Position numbers and translations under genes: made by a program. Shown here in pieces: positions 18,610 to 25,205 of a stretch of 64,000 nucleotides of DNA (its first letter is position 1; each line of letters opens with the position of its first letter). The stretch comes from a virus (Duplodnaviria; Heunggongvirae; Uroviricota; Caudoviricetes). The stretch lies in IMG/VR virus record IMGVR_UViG_3300035494_000066; one strand, written 5' to 3'. The notes under the pieces are model-generated. The model saw only the letters and a list, made by a program, of their open reading frames with translations, was not told where the DNA came from and searched no databases.

Positions 18610-19018
18610 GCATTCATCTAGATATTGGATCCATACTTCGCCCAGGGCGGGCAAAGTAAAGTGAAATATCTTCATCTGAGTATCTCTCACCATTCAACTA
18701 AAGAAGATTTACATTATTTTTTAATCTGTTAGTTAGCGCATTTTAAAAGAGATTTGCAATGCATGTTAACAGAAAAATTAATAATGCAGCGGAGGCGGTT
18801 AGCCGGTACCCCCTACTTCAGCTTCATCCAACGGTACCTGCATACCCCGTAGTTGTCCAAGGTATAACAAGCCAGCAGTTGTATCTGTTTCACAGAGCTG
18901 CTATCATTTTGTGCCTTAAGTTAGCATTATCCTTCCAGCGCGTAACCACCATCGGCAACGAGCATGACCCCGGCTGAATCGTTACGAGTCGAGCAACCCC
19001 GACCAAACAGTGCTGGTA
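18610..19018 (-). ncRNA. Candidate large structured non-coding RNA (~410 nt), family not recognised
   Basis: At least 10 nested or adjacent helices; several pairs are G-U on the minus strand but A-C mismatches on the plus strand. No credible ORF. Confidence 0.6.
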
Positions 19019-19022
19019 TATA

Positions 19023-19155
19023 GCCTAAATTGAGTGTGCCTAAGATGTGCCTAGATCGCCTAATGCGAACAATGTGCCTAAATTGAGTGTGCCTAGATCG
19101 CCTAATGCGAACAATGTGCCTAAGATGTGCCTAGATCGCCTAATGCGAACAATGT
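19023..19155. repeat. Modular GCCTA repeat array (10 units, four module types, order ABCD-ACD-BCD)
   Basis: A=GCCTAAATTGAGTGT, B=GCCTAAGATGT, C=GCCTAGATC, D=GCCTAATGCGAACAATGT; all copies are exact. Confidence 0.95.
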
Positions 19156-19163
19156 TTTTTGAA

Positions 19164-19670
19164 TTACTTACAGAGAGTTTTTACTAAATTAGCATTGTAC
19201 TGCCAAAATGTATGGTACTCAATAAACCTCCAACTTCCGTGCAATGCTGAATTGTATTCAACATACGACGGTGCAATTGGATTATGTTTTGATTCTATGC
19301 AAATATACTGACCTTTTCGGTTAAACTTCATTATCAGTATATTAAAGTCGCCTGCATCTGCTGCGTCGAGTAACTGTGAAATCCATGTATCTAATACAGT
19401 GCATTTGTTACTTAGTAGCTGATGAAACGGAAATTCTTTATAAGATTTGCATTCAGCATTAAATCTTGGAAAGCTTTCTCCAGGCACAATGTCGCCTTTA
19501 AAGCTGCGAACTTGTCCTTCGTGTAAAAAAGCTTTCCGAGAATTATTAGTGCCACCCACGTAAGCACCGGAACCCGGTGCTCGAATAAATGTTTCGCCGT
19601 ACAGCTTAGATAACTCTTGAGCTGCTTTTCTCTCCCAGCTGGACCCTTTATTCTTTTGTGGACTTGGCAC
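19164..19670 (-). CDS. PD-(D/E)xK nuclease, Holliday junction resolvase-like (Hjc type)
   Basis: KGSSWER, F.RAPGSGA, GDI and AECK catalytic pattern. Located near gp46/47. Confidence 0.75.
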   Translation of the reverse strand: MPSPQKNKGSSWERKAAQELSKLYGETFIRAPGSGAYVGGTNNSRKAFLHEGQVRSFKGDIVPGESFPRFNAECKSYKEFPFHQLLSNKCTVLDTWISQLLDAADAGDFNILIMKFNRKGQYICIESKHNPIAPSYVEYNSALHGSWRFIEYHTFWQYNANLVKTLCK

Positions 19671-19685
19671 TAGTGATATTACCTT

Positions 19686-19713
19686 ATACTATACGATTTA
19701 TTTTTATTGTCAA
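19686..19713 (-). promoter_or_regulatory. Sigma70-type promoter
   Basis: TTGACA (19713-19708), 16-nt spacer, TAGTAT (19691-19686), pointing into the nuclease gene, repeat array and structured RNA. Confidence 0.55.
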
Positions 19714-19717
19714 TATA

Positions 19718-19903
19718 TTAAAGTGAGTTTTTACGATCTTGGATTTCTTTTCGACGTTCTTTAGCTAGTTTAGCAATTTCGCCGAGTGCTTTGCGAGCCC
19801 GAGTTGCAGCAGCTTTGTTGTTCTTTGTTTCAAATGCTTCTGATTCTTTTAGGTAAGATTCGTATTGCTCGCAGATAAGATCGTGGTTTGTAGGTTCAGT
19901 CAT
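19718..19903 (-). CDS. Small basic Hc1/histone-H1-like protein
   Basis: NKAAATRARKAL.E..KL.KE.RK motif. AAGGAG SD and CTAAATA late box at 19945-19950. Confidence 0.7.
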   Translation of the reverse strand: MTEPTNHDLICEQYESYLKESEAFETKNNKAAATRARKALGEIAKLAKERRKEIQDRKNSL

Positions 19904-19985
19904 TGATAATCTCCTTTGGATGATTGAATTTGCTTTGCTGTGTGTATTTAGCTTTTAGAAAACACACAGGCTTGTTTTTTTGGTT

Positions 19986-21761
19986 TTACACGACATCTAC
20001 AGTGTCGCTAAACGATGTAAACCCGTTTTCTTTCGTTACTTTCAGAATGTTATTAACACGGTTTGTTAGTTCTTCGCGATGGCTTACTAACCAAACGCTT
20101 TTGTTTCGTTCGCGCGCCATTGCTTTCAATACATTTAGTGCGTTGTCAACACCTGCAGTATCTAATCCGTTGTCGATTAGTTCGTCGATGAACAGCAAGT
20201 TAACAGTATTGTATAGCCCTTCCCACACATCTCTAAACGCCCAGCTCAGGCTCAAAATTAGTCGGTTTCTCTCGCCGCGGCTTAAGTTATCAAAGTCTAG
20301 ATCGCGGCCGAGCTCAGTGATTTCAACTGAAAGATCATTTTGAAATACAACAGAGTGAGGTAAGCCCATTTTATCTAGGTAGTAACTTAGTCGGCTGTTT
20401 AAGAACGACATGTTCTGATCAATGATTCGCTTCCGGATATAACTGTCTTTATTAGTTAACAGCTTGACAAGAAATTCTTGATGATCCTTAAGGGAGGTTA
20501 AGCTATTAAGTGTTGAGTAGTCTACATCTTGCGAAGCTACTTCTTGCATTTCTTTAATTTGTTCGTCGTACGGATCTTCTGTGTCCTTTAACTTATCTAG
20601 TTCGAATTGTAGCTGTTCTAGTGACGTTTTGTGATTCTGTGCATCGCTGATGTTTTTGTAATAGACTACAGGTTTATCTCCAAGATCGCCGATATTATTC
20701 ACTTCTTCGATGTGTGCAACTAGTTGCGATTCTGCAGCTGCAATTAAATCATTTGTGTCGTTTAGCATTTCTGTTTTTGAGCCGAGAATCTCTTCTTGCT
20801 GTGTGTCGTGTAAGTCGCTACCGCATGCATAACACTTGTGAGACTTGATGTCTGCGATTTCTTTCTCGAGCTTGCTAACTGTACGGAAGTGAGTTTGCAA
20901 ATCCCGCTCTATAGAAGAAACCCATTTATTTGATTGATCGAGTTTCTCTTTTTTAATATTGTACTCGTTGAGTAACTCGTGATTTTTAAATTCAGCGTCG
21001 ATATCAACGTGTGATAGTTCGTCGATTGCAATCTTTAACTCTTCTATGTCCTTGTTCTTTTTTGACAACCACATAGATTGCCGACGCCGCAACCCGTCGA
21101 TAGATTCTTTAATCCTTTTGTTTGCGTCATGAATGCCGCTGATTTTGTACTCTTCGGATTTAATCAAATCTTTGGTTTGTTTTATTTCCTCTTTGAGTTT
21201 GTCAGCTTTTTCACTTAGCTTTGTAATGCCTAACAGCTGCTCAATAATAGTACGCTGATCGTTAGTACGCATACTTAAGAACGGTGTAGTGTAGGTATTC
21301 AAAGCCAATATGTGCTTAAACATCTCGTGGCTCATGTTGAGGATCTTTTCTATCTCAGCTTGAGTTTCTCTACTATCGCCTTGGCTTTCGTTTTCTGCAG
21401 ATTCTTCGAATTCGATGTTGTTAATGTATAGTTTTGTAAAAGTCGGCTTTCGCCCTCGCTCTATTTTGTAAAGTACACCATTGGCTTCAAACTCTGCAGT
21501 AACAACCATGTGTTTACCGTTTGTTTTGTTAATCAGGTTGTCTTTTTTGATATTAGTTAAGGCATTACCGTAAAATGCATAACTTAGTGCGTTTAGTGCA
21601 GTTGTTTTTCCTGTCCCGTTGCGGGATCCGGTATCTCCTTGTCCTGCATCTAAGTTTTCTCCAAGTACAAGAGTCAAATCGTTCCTGTTTAGTTCGATTG
21701 CTTGTGTTTGGTTTCCGATTGACATGAAGTTTTTTGCAGTAAGGTTTTTAATGCAAATCAT
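19986..21761 (-). CDS. gp46: Recombination ATPase (gp46/SbcC/Rad50)
   Basis: KNFMSIG, Walker A NGTGKTT, zinc hook CYAC, signature LSRGE, Walker B LLFIDE and H-loop VSH. Confidence 0.96.
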   Translation of the reverse strand: MICIKNLTAKNFMSIGNQTQAIELNRNDLTLVLGENLDAGQGDTGSRNGTGKTTALNALSYAFYGNALTNIKKDNLINKTNGKHMVVTAEFEANGVLYKIERGRKPTFTKLYINNIEFEESAENESQGDSRETQAEIEKILNMSHEMFKHILALNTYTTPFLSMRTNDQRTIIEQLLGITKLSEKADKLKEEIKQTKDLIKSEEYKISGIHDANKRIKESIDGLRRRQSMWLSKKNKDIEELKIAIDELSHVDIDAEFKNHELLNEYNIKKEKLDQSNKWVSSIERDLQTHFRTVSKLEKEIADIKSHKCYACGSDLHDTQQEEILGSKTEMLNDTNDLIAAAESQLVAHIEEVNNIGDLGDKPVVYYKNISDAQNHKTSLEQLQFELDKLKDTEDPYDEQIKEMQEVASQDVDYSTLNSLTSLKDHQEFLVKLLTNKDSYIRKRIIDQNMSFLNSRLSYYLDKMGLPHSVVFQNDLSVEITELGRDLDFDNLSRGERNRLILSLSWAFRDVWEGLYNTVNLLFIDELIDNGLDTAGVDNALNVLKAMARERNKSVWLVSHREELTNRVNNILKVTKENGFTSFSDTVDVV

Positions 21762-21764
21762 TAA

Positions 21765-22781
21765 TTAAAGATTCCTGTAAATTTCGAGCAGAACCTTAGG
21801 GTCGTAAAACTCGCTTTCGATTTGTGATAGTTGACTGTTGACGATAGTGTCGATGCTTTCGAAATTAACATCTCCGGTTATCTCGTTTGAGTGCTCAGCT
21901 GATCGCCTAGTAGGAATAATAGTAAAGTCCCTCATTTTGTACTGACTAACAAATGTCTCTTTAATAAATGTTGATTCTTCGTAGCTAATGTCAATGTCTA
22001 AGTCGACCCTAGCATATGTTTTGTTAGTTAAGTACTTATCTGGGTTATCTAGCAACTGACTAAGTGACAGTGTTCGGTACCGCGGCGCATCGGGCCACGC
22101 AATGTAACGTTCAGGTTGCCCCCACTCTAGGATAGCAACACCGCGGTCATCATCCCATGCGTCTGAATAATTGTGAGGAAATGCGTTGCCGATGTATGAC
22201 ACATTGTGGTTTTTTTGTCTTTTGTGGAAGTGGCCCGAAAATACTTGCTCAACTCCTTGCATGTCACTAACGTTAACATCGCCGTGATCTGGCATTTTAA
22301 CCATAGCGTTCATGTAAAAGTTTGGCAGTTCAAAATGGCCGAACATGTACTTCGCGTTAATCTTTTTTAGTTTTTTGTGATCGTCGCCTACTAACCACGG
22401 AACAATACTAACATCGCCTTCGCAGAAGAAGTCGTTAATAATATTAATACCTTTGATGTTCCGGGCCCACTCTGCACTTTGTATGTCGCGTTTGTCTCTG
22501 TAGTACAAGTCGTGGTTGCCTGGAATAAAAAACACTTGACTAAATGACTGACTTAATAGTTCAAGTGCTTGCAAACTATAATTTAACGTTGCGATGTTAA
22601 TGGTATTTCTGTGATGGTGCCAATCGCCTAAGAACAGAAGGGTATCGCACCCTTCGTCCTTGCCAGTTTTAATCACCCAGTTAACAAAATCTAAACAGTC
22701 CTGATTGTGTAGCATACTGTTTGACTTATTTCCTAGATGCAAATCTGTAAACATAATTGCTTTTTTAAACAAATTACTCAT
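21765..22781 (-). CDS. gp47: Recombination nuclease (gp47/SbcD/Mre11)
   Basis: Metallophosphoesterase motifs DLHLG, LGDWHH, GNHD, GHFE and SGHFH. Confidence 0.96.
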   Translation of the reverse strand: MSNLFKKAIMFTDLHLGNKSNSMLHNQDCLDFVNWVIKTGKDEGCDTLLFLGDWHHHRNTINIATLNYSLQALELLSQSFSQVFFIPGNHDLYYRDKRDIQSAEWARNIKGINIINDFFCEGDVSIVPWLVGDDHKKLKKINAKYMFGHFELPNFYMNAMVKMPDHGDVNVSDMQGVEQVFSGHFHKRQKNHNVSYIGNAFPHNYSDAWDDDRGVAILEWGQPERYIAWPDAPRYRTLSLSQLLDNPDKYLTNKTYARVDLDIDISYEESTFIKETFVSQYKMRDFTIIPTRRSAEHSNEITGDVNFESIDTIVNSQLSQIESEFYDPKVLLEIYRNL

Positions 22782-23623
22782 AAATTCTCGTTGTTGTCGT
22801 TAAGGTCATTATAGAATCTAGCTTCAGCAATAGTGTGTTCGTTATTTGCTTGTCTAGTGTGGCTAGGATTCATGTCATTCATTTCGAGGATATCGTCTCG
22901 AGTATCTTGAATTTGTTTTTCGATATTAAGTATTCGAGTAAATGAGTTCTTAATAGTTGTTGTGTAGTACGCAAACGGATTTAAGCTCTTACTTTCGTCG
23001 AATTGAAGTCCTACATGCACTAACTGTACTAAGGCTTGTCCTTTCATTTCGTCGTTGTAAGAATAGCCCCGCCAGTTCGATCGTGTGCCGTACCGCTCGC
23101 AAAGTTTAAGCATCATGCGACCGAGTTCGTTAGTCATCTTTCCGTGAGATTTAGAAAACTTTCCAGTCTCTAGATCCCCTTTCCAGTGACTTTTTCCGAC
23201 GCACTCTAACTGATGATTTTTATTAAATCGGAAGTGTTGAAACGGAGGGAAGTTTAACTTGACATGTTTATCGGCTTCAGTTTTTATTGTTTTTTTACGA
23301 CCTTTTTCTTCGGGTATATGATCAAATGTCATGACACGAAACACAATATCAGTAACATCGTATGTCTCGGGGTCGATATTAAAATCAGATGCTTTTAGCT
23401 CTTTCTTTTTTGCTTCTTTAATGTAAGCGTAATAGTTGTCTCTGCCGATCCTAGCTGCTCTGGTGGATTTACTTTCTGCTGCTAGGTCGATTGTGATATC
23501 ACTAACTGAGTTAACGATTACATCATAGTCTCGGTCGTGGTCTGTTGCAAAACTACTGTATGTACATTTACTTCGGTGAATTTCTTTTAGTATGTCGCGA
23601 TTGTTTAGGTAATTTACTTTCAT
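22778..23623 (-). CDS. gp55: Late-transcription sigma factor (gp55-like)
   Basis: YLNN.D at the N-terminus, then NW.GYSYNDEM, FDE.KS.NPFAYYT and F.RIL..EK. TAAATA boxes precede the structural genes. Confidence 0.9.
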   Translation of the reverse strand: MKVNYLNNRDILKEIHRSKCTYSSFATDHDRDYDVIVNSVSDITIDLAAESKSTRAARIGRDNYYAYIKEAKKKELKASDFNIDPETYDVTDIVFRVMTFDHIPEEKGRKKTIKTEADKHVKLNFPPFQHFRFNKNHQLECVGKSHWKGDLETGKFSKSHGKMTNELGRMMLKLCERYGTRSNWRGYSYNDEMKGQALVQLVHVGLQFDESKSLNPFAYYTTTIKNSFTRILNIEKQIQDTRDDILEMNDMNPSHTRQANNEHTIAEARFYNDLNDNNENL

Positions 23624-23650
23624 TGGTTCCCTTGGCCTATATTTTAACCT

Positions 23651-23679
23651 ATTATACAGTAACTAAATAGTAAGAGCAA
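23651..23679 (-). promoter_or_regulatory. Sigma70-type promoter of the gp55-gp47-gp46 operon, with a divergent late box (23664-23669, +) in its spacer
   Basis: TTGCTC-N17-TATAAT on the minus strand; CTAAATA on the plus strand inside the spacer. Confidence 0.7.
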
Positions 23680-23694
23680 GAGGTTTTTATAAAA

Positions 23695-24906
23695 ATGGGA
23701 TACATTCTCAAAGATCAGGCGATGAACGCTCAGGAAGCAGTTAACCGGCGCTATCGCGAAATCGTTGCAACGGGCAAGGACCCCGATCAGGCAATGCAGC
23801 AAGCTGTGTCGGAACGAGGCGGCGGCTACATTAGCTTAACAGAAAACTGGCAATCAACCGGTGACACCTTGCGGAATGTCCCGGGGAACCGAGGAACACC
23901 TAAGTTTTCTAAGGCAGCATACACCCAGCGGTCAGCGCCTACAAGCGACGATTCCTTGTATGGTGCACCAGAACCACAAGGTAGAGCACCGGTGCAATCG
24001 GTGCAGGTTCAGCCTGCAACTGAAGTTGCTACAGTAGAAGAAAACTTGCCGAGTTCTGCAGAGCCTGTTGCAACAGTTGAAGTTGGCGAAACTATAGCTA
24101 TAGAAGAAGTAAGTCCAGGCAACCCGGTTGACATGTCGCTCGGAAACATCAAGTCAACAACTATTACTAGTGCAAAAGATGCTCGATTAGAATCAAACGG
24201 TTTAAAGCCTGGCTCCGGAGCTAGCTATATGCTTTCTGGCACAGTTATGCGAAGTACATTGTCTGCAGATAAGCGTGTTAAGTTATTAGCACCGTCTGGA
24301 AGTACGATTGCGAGACTAATATCAGAATCAGGTGTAATGCACCCGCTGGGCACTGGCGTAATATTTCCATACTTACCTAGTATACAGTTTGAATACAGTG
24401 CAACTTACAACATGCAGCAACCGGCTCACTCGAATTTTGCGTTCCCGGCATACGAACAAAGCTCGGTTAATTCGATAGTTATACCCGGCGAGTTTACAGC
24501 AAGTAACGTAGCTGAAGCTCGGTATATGTTAGCAGCAATTCATTTCTTTAAAACATGTACTCGTATGTTTTACGGTCTCGACGATAACAGAGGCTCACCT
24601 CCACCAGTTCTCAGACTCCGCGGCCATGGCCAGTACATGTTTGATGATGTTCCTGTGGTTATAACTAGTTTTACAATGGTATTACCTGACACTGTAGATT
24701 ATATACCAGTTGACTTAACAGGACGTGTCGAAGTCGACGGCACATTGTCAACTTCGGAAAGTGTTACTATGGTACCGACTAGTACACAATTAACAGTAAC
24801 GTTGCAACCGATTTACAGTCGGAGTGCTGTGAGTAATAGTTTTAGCTTGTCAGAATTCTCAAAAGGCGGTCTGATTAGCAACCCTAATAGAGGCGGGTTT
24901 TTATAA
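23695..24906 (+). CDS. Baseplate tube-initiator/cap protein (gp48/gp54-like)
   Basis: C-terminal tube-fold motifs GVIFPY.P and PPPVLRL.GHG.YMFD.VPVVITSF. First gene of the baseplate cluster. Confidence 0.7.
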   Translation: MGYILKDQAMNAQEAVNRRYREIVATGKDPDQAMQQAVSERGGGYISLTENWQSTGDTLRNVPGNRGTPKFSKAAYTQRSAPTSDDSLYGAPEPQGRAPVQSVQVQPATEVATVEENLPSSAEPVATVEVGETIAIEEVSPGNPVDMSLGNIKSTTITSAKDARLESNGLKPGSGASYMLSGTVMRSTLSADKRVKLLAPSGSTIARLISESGVMHPLGTGVIFPYLPSIQFEYSATYNMQQPAHSNFAFPAYEQSSVNSIVIPGEFTASNVAEARYMLAAIHFFKTCTRMFYGLDDNRGSPPPVLRLRGHGQYMFDDVPVVITSFTMVLPDTVDYIPVDLTGRVEVDGTLSTSESVTMVPTSTQLTVTLQPIYSRSAVSNSFSLSEFSKGGLISNPNRGGFL

Positions 24907-25205
24907 TGTCATTATACAGCAAAAGTAGCCCTTATTATACAACGCCGACTAACAATAGGTACCTGGATGTAATGACTGATAGACCTATTAGTAAGCGACC
25001 TGATGATAAGGTATTTGAAATAACTAGTACATATCACTTACGACCGGACTTGCTAGCATATGATTTATACAATGACAGCAACCTGTGGTGGGTTTTTGCA
25101 AAACGCAACCCTAATACCCTTAAGGATCCTCTTTTTGATTTTAAACTTGGAACACGGATTGCTCTTCCAACGCTCGACACTATTAAACAAGATTTAGGAT
25201 TATAA
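24906..25205 (+). CDS. gp53: Baseplate wedge protein (gp53-like, LysM-type)
   Basis: RPDLLAYDLY.DS.LWWVFA..N motif. Confidence 0.85.
   Translation: MSLYSKSSPYYTTPTNNRYLDVMTDRPISKRPDDKVFEITSTYHLRPDLLAYDLYNDSNLWWVFAKRNPNTLKDPLFDFKLGTRIALPTLDTIKQDLGL

Noticed and set aside
18759-18977. 72-aa plus-strand ORF in the non-coding island
   Set aside because: No SD, atypical composition, located after a terminator, and it overlaps helices whose G-U pattern favours a minus-strand RNA.
18610-19018. Group I/II intron, tmRNA, RNase P, tRNA or retron msr-msd identity for the structured element
   Set aside because: It interrupts no gene; no domain V, P7 core, tRNA-like ends or GAGGAAAGUCC motif was recognised; no reverse transcriptase in the window. 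Not excluded without a covariance-model search.
19023-19155. CRISPR or TIGR-like guide array
   Set aside because: The constant core is only 5 nt, the intervening sequences are reused exact modules rather than unique spacers, unit length varies from 9 to 18 nt, and no cas or Nop-domain gene is nearby.
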